Assembly (NCBI GenBank): GCA_963717505.1
Contig: OY970342.1
Location: 2,560,001-2,624,000 of the forward strand
Direction: 5' to 3'
From: Candidatus Eiseniibacteriota bacterium
GTDB lineage: Bacteria > Eisenbacteria > RBG-16-71-46
DNA: 64,000 nt
The translations under genes and the position numbers were made by a program. Positions 1-9,591 of the stretch are shown piece by piece. A model generated the notes under the pieces. That model searched no databases and had not been told where the DNA came from. It saw only the letters and a list, made by a program, of their open reading frames with translations. Within the stretch, counting starts at the first letter, position 1. Each line of letters opens with the position of its first letter.

Positions 1-3000
1 GACCGAGCCAACCTCCGAAAAGCCCAAGTCCCGTCGGACCGCTCCCAAGAAGTTGACGACGGCGCCCATCGGACTGCGCGAGCTGCTCGATGGATCTCCG
101 GACGCCATCTTCTGCTGCGACGTCTACGGCCGTTGGAACTGGCTGAGCGCGATGATCGAGACGTTCACGGGCAGCAAGGTCGCGGACCTGATCGGCACCT
201 TCCCGGTGGATCAGATCCATCCGGACCATCGGTTCGGTTTCCTGCGCGCGTTCCTGCGCATGCGCGCGAGCGGCCCCGGCGACAGCGCGGACCGCCGCCT
301 GGTGCTGCTGCGGCCCGATGGCTCGACGCGTGAGGTCTGGATGCGGGCGCGGCTGGTCGAGCGTTCGGACGGCGATCTGGCGTTCATCGGCACCATCCGC
401 GATGCCTCGGGTGCGCCCTCGGTCGGTCCGGATCAAGCCGCGGGCACCGCGTCTTCGCCGGGCGATGCCGCGGCGGCGGGCGCGGCGGGAAAAAACCGCG
501 AGTGGGAAGCCCGGGTCGCCGCGCTCGACGCCGACCTGGATCGCGAACGGTCGGAAGCCCGCCGCATCGGCGAAGAGCTGCGCACGGTCCGGGACGAGCT
601 GAGCGGGCTGCGCGCGGTCCAAGACGAGGTGACCGGGCTGCGCACCCAGTTGACGATGGCCCAGGCCGGGACCGAGCAAGCCCGGACCCTGCTCGACGAC
701 CGCACCCGCGAGATCGACGAACTCAAGCTGCGGCTGGAACGGCGCGGGGAGCCGAGCGCCGATGCCCGCGGCAAGGTCGCCGAGATCGAGAAGGCGCGCG
801 ACCAGGAGCGGGAGCGCCGCGAGCAGCTCCAGATCGACGTCGAACGCGAGCAGCGGAAGCGCGAACGGCTCGAGCGTGAACTCGAGGCCGCCCGCAAAGG
901 CCGGCAGGAGGCCGAAGCACTGGTCGAACGTCTGTCCACGGAACTTCAGTCCTCGCGGCGATCCACGGTCGAAACCACCCGTGATGCCGCCTCGGCTCGC
1001 GCGGAGATTGAAAAGGAGATCGCGGAACGGCGCCGCGAACTCGAGAGCTTGAAGGCGCAGGCGGAGCGGGACGTGGACGCGGCGCGGACCACCGGTCGCG
1101 ATCAGGCCCAGGAGGCCACGGCCGACGTCCGACGTCGACTCGAGCAGGCCGAGACCAAGCAGAACGAAGCGAAGCGGCGAGGCCGAGTCCGCGCGCGACG
1201 AGTTGGAGCGCGTTCGCGAGGAGCTGAATGCGGCCCAGCGCGACGCGGCGGGGGCCCGCAAACAGGCGGAAGCGACCAGCAGGAAACTGGAAGCGGCCGC
1301 CCGCCGGGGCAGCGAGTTCGGAGACTTCGTCTCGATCATGTCGCACGAGATCCGCACGCCGATGAACGGCGTGATCGGCATGGCCCACCTGCTGCTGGAT
1401 TCGGGGCTCGAGCCGCAGCATCGCTCGTGGGTCGAGATCATTCGCCACTCCGCGCATTCGCTGCTGGCACTGATCAACAACTCGCTCGACTTCTCGCGTC
1501 TGCAGAGCGGCCAGATCGATTTCGAAGACGTGGATTTCGACCTGCGCGTCACCCTGCACGAGGTCGAGAACGTGCTGTCGGCGGTCGCGCGCGAGAAGCA
1601 GCTGGAGATTCGGGCGCTGGTCCACCACGAGGTGCCGTCCCGGCTGCGCGGCGACGCCGGGCGCCTGCGCCAGGTGTTGCAGAACATGCTGAGCACCGCC
1701 CTGCGCAGCGCCGACGGCGGCGACGTGCTGCTGGTGGTCGAGCGCACCGCGGAATCCGAAGACCGCGTCACGCTGACCTTCCACATTCGCGGCGCCAACA
1801 CCGCCGGCTCCGAGACGCACATGGCCAGCGCCTTCGAGGCCTTCGTCAACGAAGATCTGAGCGCGGCCCGCAAGCTGGGCGCCGACGGCCTGGGGCTCGC
1901 CGTGGCCCGTCAGCTGGTGACGATGCTCAAGGGCGAAGTCGGCGTCGAGCGCGACGATTCGAACGGCATCACCCCGTGGTTCACGCTCGGCTTCGAAAAG
2001 CAGGCCGAGGCCCAAGCCCCCGAGGAGGCGACGCAGGTGCGCCTGCGCGGCCAACGCATTCTGGTGGTCGATCCTTCGCCGGCAGCCCGTCGCGCGACCC
2101 ATGACATGCTCACGGTGTGGGGCGCTCGGGCCGACGAAGCGGCGAATGCCGAGGAGGCGCTGGCCGAACTGGAGCGGGCGGTGGAGGCCAACGACCCCTT
2201 CCAGGTCGCGATCATCGACATGGACCTGCCGGGTGAGAACGGCGAGAAACTCGGCGCCAAGATCCACGCAGTCGAGGCTCTCGCGGCAACCCGGCTCATG
2301 CTGCTGACCGGCGTTGGCCGGCGCGGCGATGCTTCACGGGTCCAGGGTCTTGGGTTCTCGGCGTACCTGATCAAACCCATTCGCTGGACCGAGCTGCACG
2401 ACGCTTTGACCCAGGTCGTGCGCACGGATCCCAACGCGGACGCCACGCTGGTGACTCGTCACTCGATTGCCGAGCAGCGGCGCAACAGCGTTCGCATCCT
2501 GGTGGTCGACGACGATCCGGTGAATCAGCTGGTGATGGAGTCCACGCTCAAGCGGCACGGCTATACGATCGAGCGATCGAGCACCGCCGCGGCGGCCCTC
2601 GAGCGTTTCGACGAAGCGCCGCCGGACCTCGTGCTTCTCGACCTGGCGTTGCCCGACATGGATGGCTACAAGGTCGCGCAGGCAATCCGCATGCGCGAGA
2701 AGGGCGGCACCCGGACGCCGATCATCGCGGTCACCGGCAAGATGGGCCCGGGAGACCGGCAGCGCTGTCTGTCGGCCGGGATGAACGATTACATCAGCAA
2801 GCCGCTGGATCTGGGCGACCTGACCGCGTCGGTCGAGCGCTGGACCCGGGGACGCGGTGCCCGGCCCGAAGAGTGGTCGGCCCCGACTGTGCCCGAGGAA
2901 ATCCGCGTATTGGCCCCGATCGTGGGCAACGAGGAGCACCCCTTCGAGTTGGCCCCCGAGGACGACCTGGCGGTTCCCGGCGATCGCCGGGCCAGCGCCG

Positions 3001-3593
3001 AGGCGGTTCCGGTATGGCAGGGCAAGGGGCGTCAGCGCCGGCCCAAGGCTCCCGAGCCCCTGGAGGACGACATCGAGCTGACCGATCCGGCCGACGAGGT
3101 GGGTAGGGCGGCCAAGGCCGCCGCCGCCGGAGCCCCTGCGCCCCCCAAGATCGAGATCGAGCCGCCGCCGCCTCGGGCCCCGGGGGACAGCCTGGTACTC
3201 GAAAGGGCGCCCGAGCGCGCTATGGCCGGCCAGAGCGACCCTCTGATCCTCGACGTCAAGCGCCTGGACGACACCAGCATGGGGATTCCCTCATTGCGCG
3301 AAACCCTGCTCAACACCTTTGTTTCCGACCTGCGGCCGCGGATCAACCGCCTGTACGAAGCCTTCATCAACCATGCGGCCAACCGGCTCGAACACGAGGC
3401 TCATGGGCTGCGGGGGATGGCAGCGACCATCGGGGCGGTCGCCTGCACCACGGTCTTCACCGAGATCGAGCGTCAGGCTCACGACGAGCGCTGGGAGCGC
3501 ATGGAGGAGTTGATCGAACAGGCTCGCGAGGTGGCCCGGGAGTTCGAAAACCACGTCCTGAACCTCAAGGTGAAGCTGGATCGGGCCGCCTAG
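1..3593 (+). CDS. PAS + long coiled-coil hybrid histidine kinase (HisKA-HATPase-REC-REC-Hpt); 5' end probably just outside the window; one +1 frameshift near 1177
   Basis: Frame is open from position 2. PAS-like N-terminus (DAIFCCD...IHPDH), then heptad coiled coil. At ~1177 'aag cgg c gag gcc gag tcc' shifts into ORF 1203..3593, which has the H-box MSHEIRTPMNG, two REC domains (IIDMDLP, LLDLALP) and Hpt (HEAHGLRG). Confidence 0.85.
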
Positions 3594-3818
3594 GTTCCGC
3601 TCACCCCACCCTCTCTGAATGTGATCCGGCCCGGGTCCCCCCCCCGGGCCGAGTCGCTTCCGGTCCCGGATTCCGGGTCGATCCACGCTCCAGGACCCCC
3701 TCGAGGGACCCGCCGACCCGCATATTTGCCCTTCGGTCGGGCCCGACCCGCTGGTATCATCATCCGGCAAAGTTTCGCCAACCTCGCGCGGATCACACCC
3801 TTCAGGAGGATACCCCCC

Positions 3819-4550
3819 ATGAGGCGCACGCTTGTCGCGGCGTTGTCGGTTCTGCTCGCCGCATCAGTCGCCCACGCCGAAGGCATCAACCTGTCCTGGA
3901 ACGATTGCGGCAGCAGCGGCCTCCAGAACCTCACCTGGACCTGCGACACGAACTCGGGCGGCACGTTCTCGATGTACGCGTCCTTCATTCCTCCGACCGG
4001 AGTTGTCGAGTTCCTTGGCGTGTCTTCACAAGTCGACATCTTCACCGAGAGCGCGACGCTCCCTGATTGGTGGAAGCACGGCGGTGGACAGTGCCGGAGC
4101 ACGACGGGTCTGGCCGTGAGCTTCGACTTCACCTCGGGGCCGTTCAGCTGCAGCGACTTCTACTCCGGTCAGGCCGCCGGTGGTTTCGCCTACGACGTTG
4201 CTTATGGGACCGCCAACCGCGCGCGCTTCCGCATTCAGCTCGCGGTGCCGTTCGAGAACCGCGCCGCGATCAGCTCGGCCGAGGAGTACTACGCGTACCG
4301 GGTCAACCTCCTGCGGGCCAAGACCACCGGCACCGGCTCCTGCGTCGGCTGCGCCGTGTCGACCTGCGTCGTGCTCAACGACGTTCAGCTCTTCCAGCCG
4401 CCGGAGCAACTGTTCGATCCTCTGATCTTCAACCCCGCGGGCCGGAACTTCGCCACCTGGCAGTTGCCGGTTGGTGGCCCTCCGGGCTGCCCGTTCGCGA
4501 CGCCGACTCGCCAGGCGACGTGGGGCCAGGTCAAGAGCCTCTATCGCTAG
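3819..4550 (+). CDS. Secreted Cys-containing protein with C-terminal TWGQVKSLYR motif
   Basis: AGGAGG RBS before ATG 3819; signal peptide MRRTLVAALSVLLAASVAHA; ends ATPTRQATWGQVKSLYR*. Confidence 0.85.
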   Translation: MRRTLVAALSVLLAASVAHAEGINLSWNDCGSSGLQNLTWTCDTNSGGTFSMYASFIPPTGVVEFLGVSSQVDIFTESATLPDWWKHGGGQCRSTTGLAVSFDFTSGPFSCSDFYSGQAAGGFAYDVAYGTANRARFRIQLAVPFENRAAISSAEEYYAYRVNLLRAKTTGTGSCVGCAVSTCVVLNDVQLFQPPEQLFDPLIFNPAGRNFATWQLPVGGPPGCPFATPTRQATWGQVKSLYR

Positions 4551-4571
4551 TCGATCTTCACCGCGAAATAC

Positions 4572-4600
4572 GAACGGCCACCTCGTCGAGGTGGCCGTTC
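4572..4600. terminator. Hairpin between convergent genes (probable terminator)
   Basis: Perfect 13-bp stem gaacggccacctc-gtc-gaggtggccgttc. Confidence 0.65.
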
Positions 4601-4645
4601 TGCTTGGGAGCCGGGCGCGAGGCGCCGGCGAAGGACTGCGGTTCC

Positions 4646-4990
4646 CTAGACGCGCCGGCGTCCGCGACGCGTGCCGAACAGCGAGTCGACGTAGGAGCTG
4701 ACCTCGGTCTTCACGATGCTCGGCAGGATCGCCTGGATCTTGGCGCGCACCTCGCCGCGCAGCGTGCTGGCCAGGTTGGACTCGCCACGAATCCCAGCGC
4801 GCGCGGCCACGCGGCCACGCCGCCCGGCGACGCCGGACTTCTTGCGCCAGGAGTAGTAGGTCACCGGGGTCACGCCGAAGCGCTTCTTGACGTCGAGCGC
4901 GGTGAGTCCTTCGCGCGAGGCCGCCGTCAGGATGGACTGGCGCTGGGTGACCGTGTAGGTCTTGCGGGTGCGGCGGCGTGCTTTCGCCAT
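4646..4990 (-). CDS. Small basic HTH DNA-binding protein (IS3 OrfA/HTH_Tnp_1-like fold)
   Basis: GAGGAG RBS; LTALDVKKRFGVTPVTYYSWRKK helix-turn-helix pattern; Arg-rich termini. Confidence 0.75.
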   Translation of the reverse strand: MAKARRRTRKTYTVTQRQSILTAASREGLTALDVKKRFGVTPVTYYSWRKKSGVAGRRGRVAARAGIRGESNLASTLRGEVRAKIQAILPSIVKTEVSSYVDSLFGTRRGRRRV

Positions 4991-5121
4991 GGAATGCTCC
5001 TCGAATCAGGGGTAGATGCGGTCCGCGAGCGATTCGCGTGCGGGTGCGCCCGGCTCGTACGGGGCGGGACGAACACCATGAATGCGGAAGCAATACCAAT
5101 GATCATCGCCGATCGCAACCT

Positions 5122-6081
5122 TCAGGCGACGAATACGAACTCGCGCCACTCTCGATATCCATAGTCGAGCAGGGCCCGTCGCCAAACGTCACGACGTTGA
5201 AATGCAACCAGCACCAGGACCAAGGGTGGGGCGAGGCCGGACAGGAACGCCGGCGTCGGGTCCCGAACCGTTATCGCCCGAGTTCCTGGGAACCGTGCGA
5301 GCAGGTCCTGTTGCCAACGCGCCAGACTGGCGCCGACGCCCAGAACGGTCGGCGGCCGCTGGCCCACGAAGCGTCGGGCCAACGTGTCGATCTTCAATGC
5401 CACGAAGCGTTCGCGCCGGAACCGTGGGTCCACACGGGTTGCGCTCGCCGGGTGTTGCCGCCACGCGTAGAGCGTTTCGGGGCGCTTCGCGAACCGGGCG
5501 CCGGCTTCGAGAAGTCGGATCGACAGGTCGAGGTCTTCGGCCCACGGCTGCGAGGTCCAGCCGCCGCTGCGTTCGACCCACTCGCGGCGCATCAGCGCTG
5601 TGCCGTGTACCAACGGGCTGTCGATCAACACTTCGCGCGCCATTGCTTCGTGGGTCAGCAGCGCGTTGTGCCACGCGATCCAGCGCACCATGCCGATTCC
5701 GGTCCCCGACGCGGGGAACAGACGGACTCGGCTGCCGACAACTGCGACCTCCGGGTGACGGCGCAAGTGGTCCATCTGGAGGGCGAACCGATCCGGGTGG
5801 CTCAGATCGTCGGCGTCCATGCGGGCGAGCAGGGGCCCGTTCGACGACGCCAGGGCCAGGTTGAGCGTGGCGGGAATGCCCCGCGCCTCCGATCGCACGA
5901 CCCTGAGCCGCGGCTCGCGCGCGGCGGCGCGTTCCAGCCATTCGCCACTTCCGTCGGTCGAACCGTCGTCGATCGCCACGATCTCGAAGTCGCGGAACGT
6001 CTGGCGCCGGATCGAGCCCAGGGCTCGGGAGAGGAAGGGGCGCGCATCGCGCACGGGCATCAACACCGACAAAGCAGGCAC
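5122..6081 (-). CDS. Glycosyltransferase family 2
   Basis: SVLMPVRD, IDDGSTD, ARMDADD (DxD) and AEDLDL motifs. Confidence 0.9.
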   Translation of the reverse strand: MPALSVLMPVRDARPFLSRALGSIRRQTFRDFEIVAIDDGSTDGSGEWLERAAAREPRLRVVRSEARGIPATLNLALASSNGPLLARMDADDLSHPDRFALQMDHLRRHPEVAVVGSRVRLFPASGTGIGMVRWIAWHNALLTHEAMAREVLIDSPLVHGTALMRREWVERSGGWTSQPWAEDLDLSIRLLEAGARFAKRPETLYAWRQHPASATRVDPRFRRERFVALKIDTLARRFVGQRPPTVLGVGASLARWQQDLLARFPGTRAITVRDPTPAFLSGLAPPLVLVLVAFQRRDVWRRALLDYGYREWREFVFVA

Positions 6082-6188
6082 GCCGCGACGCTAGCAAACG
6101 CCCGGCGCTCCGCCCAAGCTCGCTCCGGTTTGGCGCACCGCCACGGCCGGACCTACACTGCGCGATCCTACCGCTCGAGGGAATCGAC

Positions 6189-7052
6189 TTGGCCAACACC
6201 GCCCGACTGACCCTGCTCACCATCGCCGACGGGCTTCGCTTCCACGTCGCCGTGGGCAGCGGACAACAGATGTTGTTCGACAGCGGGCCGGGGATGCTGG
6301 CGCCCAGTCCGGTGGAGGGTCTGCTCGCCGCGATCGGTGGCTGCGGTGGCATGGACGTCCTCTCCATCCTGCGCAAGAAACGCCAGCGCGTGACCGGTTA
6401 CTCGATCGAATTGGTCGGCCAACGACGCGAGGATCATCCCCGGCGGTTCACGCACATCGACGTGGTCCACCGCATGCGCGGCCACGACCTGAGTCTCAAG
6501 GCGATCGAGGAAGCGATCCATCTCAGCGATACCAAGTACTGCTCGGTGCGCGCGTCGTTGCTTCCCGACATCACCCTCGCCAATCGCGTCGAGATCATCC
6601 CGGAGACCGGGGCGGAACCCGTTCGAACCGAGGCTCCGCCGCCGCCGGCGAGCCGCCGCGGGCTCTCGGAGTTGATCCTGCGCGTCGCCGACGTCCCGCG
6701 CTCGGTCGCGTTCTATCGGGACATCGTGGGTCTGGCGCTCGAGCGACAGGACTCGCCGGATTGGGCATGGCTGTGGTCCGGGCCCGAGGGGGCGCTGCCC
6801 CGGCTCGGGCTGACCCGCAAGCCGCTTTCGTTCGGCGCCGCCCATTGCGGCGGGCCCGCTCACTTTGCGATCGCGGTGCCACGCTCGGCGATCCCCGCCG
6901 AGAAGTCTCGCCTCGAGTCGCTCGGCGTCGTGGTCGAGGGTCCGGTGACCTTCGCCACGTGGCGGGCGGACTCGATCTACTTCGACGATCCCGACCGGCA
7001 TCGGGTCGAACTGTGCGGCTTCGAGCACTTGGAACCTCGGGAGGTCTCGTAA
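6189..7052 (+). CDS. OsmC-like domain fused to VOC/glyoxalase domain
   Basis: N-half SPVEGLLAAIGGCGGMD...KYCSV (OsmC/YhfA Cys pair); C-half VADVPRSVAFYRDIVGL...YFDDPDRHRVEL (VOC). Confidence 0.8.
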   Translation: MANTARLTLLTIADGLRFHVAVGSGQQMLFDSGPGMLAPSPVEGLLAAIGGCGGMDVLSILRKKRQRVTGYSIELVGQRREDHPRRFTHIDVVHRMRGHDLSLKAIEEAIHLSDTKYCSVRASLLPDITLANRVEIIPETGAEPVRTEAPPPPASRRGLSELILRVADVPRSVAFYRDIVGLALERQDSPDWAWLWSGPEGALPRLGLTRKPLSFGAAHCGGPAHFAIAVPRSAIPAEKSRLESLGVVVEGPVTFATWRADSIYFDDPDRHRVELCGFEHLEPREVS

Positions 7053-8467
7053 TGGGAAGAGCGGGTGACGCGGAGTTTCGTATCGAGCGGGATAGCATGG
7101 GCGAGATGAAGGTTCCGGCCGGCGCGCGCTACGGGCCGCAGACCCAACGGGCGGTCGAGAACTTCCCGATCTCGGGCCACCCCATGCGGCCGGAGTTCAT
7201 CCACGCGCTCGGGTTGCTCAAGCGCGTGGCGGCGCGGGTCAACGGTGCGTTGAGTCTGGTCGATGGCGGGCTGGCCGTGGCGATCGAAGAAGCGGCCGCC
7301 GAGGTCGAGGCCGGCCGGTGGGACTCTGAGTTCCCCATCGACGTGTTCCAGACCGGCAGTGGCACCAGCACGAACATGAATGCCAACGAGGTGATCGCCC
7401 AACGTGCCTCCGAGATCTCGGGCAAGAAGGTCCACCCGAACGATCACGTGAACTTCGGGCAGAGCAGCAACGATGTGATTCCGACCGTCCTGCACGTCGC
7501 CGCCGCGATTGCGATCGAACGCTCCCTGTTGCCGGCGCTCGCGCATCTGCACCAGGCGCTCGACGCCAAGGCTCGCGCGTTCGATGCCATCGTCAAGACC
7601 GGGCGGACGCACCTGATGGACGCGACCCCAATCCGACTCGGCCAGGAGTTCAGCGGCTACGCGTCGCAGATCGCGCACTCGATCGCGCGCGTCCGCGCGA
7701 CCCTGCCCGATCTCTACGAGCTGGCACAGGGCGGCACCGCGGTCGGCACCGGGCTCAACACGCACCCCGAATTCGGGCGTCGAGTCGCCGCCGAGCTGGC
7801 GAAGGAGACCGGCCTGCCGTTCCGCGAGGCCGACAACCACTTCGAGGCTCAGGGCGCCCAGGACGCCGCGGCGTGGGCGTCGGGAGCGCTCAACAGCGTG
7901 GCCGCGAGCCTGATCAAGATCGCCAACGACGTGCGCCTGATGAACAGCGGCCCGCGTTGCGGTCTGGCCGAGATCACGCTGCCGTCGGTGCAGCCGGGGT
8001 CGAGCATCATGCCCGGCAAGGTCAACCCGGTCATCTGCGAAGGAGTGATCATGGTCGGCGTCCAGGTCTCCGGCAACCACCTGGCCTGCACGATGGGCGC
8101 CCAGTGGGGACAGCTCGATCTCAACACCATGCTGCCGCTGATGGCCCACAATCTGTTGGAGAGCGTCCGGCTGCTGGCGGCCGCGAGCCGGGTGTTCGCC
8201 GACAAAGCGATCGCCGGCCTGGTCGCCAACGAGGAAACCTGCCGCGGCTACATCGAGATCTCGCCGAGCATGGCGACCGCGCTCAACCCGCTGATCGGCT
8301 ACGACGCGGCGGCCGAGATCGCGAAACGCTCGTTCAAGGAACGCCGTCCGGTGCGCGAGCTGGCGCGCGAGATGACGAAGCTGTCGCCGCGGGAGATCGA
8401 CGAGGCACTCGATCCGCACCGGCAGACCGAGCCCGGCCTGGGGCCGGGAAGCAGCGCGGGCGGTTGA
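7052..8467 (+). CDS. fumC: Class II fumarate hydratase
   Basis: RIERDSMGE, QTGSGTSTNMN, KTGRTHLMDA and the GSSIMPGKVNP signature; TAATG coupling to upstream gene. Confidence 0.92.
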   Translation: MGRAGDAEFRIERDSMGEMKVPAGARYGPQTQRAVENFPISGHPMRPEFIHALGLLKRVAARVNGALSLVDGGLAVAIEEAAAEVEAGRWDSEFPIDVFQTGSGTSTNMNANEVIAQRASEISGKKVHPNDHVNFGQSSNDVIPTVLHVAAAIAIERSLLPALAHLHQALDAKARAFDAIVKTGRTHLMDATPIRLGQEFSGYASQIAHSIARVRATLPDLYELAQGGTAVGTGLNTHPEFGRRVAAELAKETGLPFREADNHFEAQGAQDAAAWASGALNSVAASLIKIANDVRLMNSGPRCGLAEITLPSVQPGSSIMPGKVNPVICEGVIMVGVQVSGNHLACTMGAQWGQLDLNTMLPLMAHNLLESVRLLAAASRVFADKAIAGLVANEETCRGYIEISPSMATALNPLIGYDAAAEIAKRSFKERRPVRELAREMTKLSPREIDEALDPHRQTEPGLGPGSSAGG

Positions 8468-9591
8468 GCACGCTCTCCGATGATGTTCTGATCGCCCGGC
8501 TGAACGAAGCGCGCGCGCGACTGCAGGGCGTGGCGCACCGCACGCCGGTGATGACAAGTCACACGGTCGATGCGCTGGCTCGCGCCACCGTGTTCTTCAA
8601 GTGCGAGAATCTGCAGCGCATGGGCGCGTTCAAGTTTCGCGGCGCGTGGAACGCGATTTCGCGACTCGAGCCGGCCGTTCGCGCACGCGGGGTTGTCGCC
8701 TATTCCTCGGGAAACCACGCGCAGGCCGTGGCCCTGGTCGCCCGGCTGCACGGGATCCCGGCCACCATCGTCATGCCGAGTACCGCTCCCGCGGCCAAAC
8801 TCGAGGCGACCCGAGGATACGGCGCCGAGATCGCCCATTACGACCAGTCGGGGGAGGAGCGCAACGCCATGGCGGAACGCCTGGCGCGCGAGCGCGGCCT
8901 GACGTTGATCCCGCCATTCGACCACCCCGACATCCTGTGCGGCCAGGGGACGGCGGCGGCGGAGCTCTTCGAGGAAGCCGGCGCCCTCGACGCCCTGCTG
9001 GTTCCGGTGGGGGGCGGCGGGTTGATCGCAGGTTCAGCGATTGCGGCACTGCAAGCCTCGCCCGGCTGTCGCGTGATCGGCGTCGAGCCGGAGGCCGGCG
9101 ACGACGGTGTTCGGTCGTTCGCCGCCGGGAAGCTCGTATCGCATCCGGTCGGGGAAACGATCGCCGATGGCGCGCGCACGCCGTCGCTCGGTGTGCTGAC
9201 CTTCGAGGTGATCCGCCGCCACGTCTCCGACATGGTGAGCGTTCCCGATGCGGCCCTGATCGACGCCATGCGTTTGGTGTGGGAGCGCATGAAACTGGTC
9301 GTCGAACCCACGGGGGTGCTGGGGTTGGCGGCCATACTCAACGGCCGTGTCCATCTCGCGGGCAAACGGGTGGGGGTGATCCTGTCCGGCGGCAACGTGG
9401 ATCTCGAGCGCGCGACGGAGTGGTTTCAGGGTTCGTGCGGCGCCGGCGGAGCGTCCCCCCTCGCGGGCGCTGATCCTCAGTCCGGCGAGGTCCCCATTCG
9501 AGCCGCGGCGGGCTCCGGCTATTTCAGGTCCCCGAGCACTCGTTCGCCTGCGAATCGGCGGATTTCATCGAGCGGATCGCTCCCCAGGTGA
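8464..9591 (+). CDS. PLP-dependent threonine/serine dehydratase family (threo-3-hydroxyaspartate ammonia-lyase-like)
   Basis: FKCENLQRMGAFKFRGA, SSGNHAQ, PVGGGGL, ILSGGN; TTG start overlaps the fumC stop. Confidence 0.85.
   Translation: MSTLSDDVLIARLNEARARLQGVAHRTPVMTSHTVDALARATVFFKCENLQRMGAFKFRGAWNAISRLEPAVRARGVVAYSSGNHAQAVALVARLHGIPATIVMPSTAPAAKLEATRGYGAEIAHYDQSGEERNAMAERLARERGLTLIPPFDHPDILCGQGTAAAELFEEAGALDALLVPVGGGGLIAGSAIAALQASPGCRVIGVEPEAGDDGVRSFAAGKLVSHPVGETIADGARTPSLGVLTFEVIRRHVSDMVSVPDAALIDAMRLVWERMKLVVEPTGVLGLAAILNGRVHLAGKRVGVILSGGNVDLERATEWFQGSCGAGGASPLAGADPQSGEVPIRAAAGSGYFRSPSTRSPANRRISSSGSLPR

Noticed and set aside
4646-4990. IS3-family insertion sequence
   Set aside because: Only an HTH is present; no DDE transposase, terminal inverted repeats or target duplication are visible.
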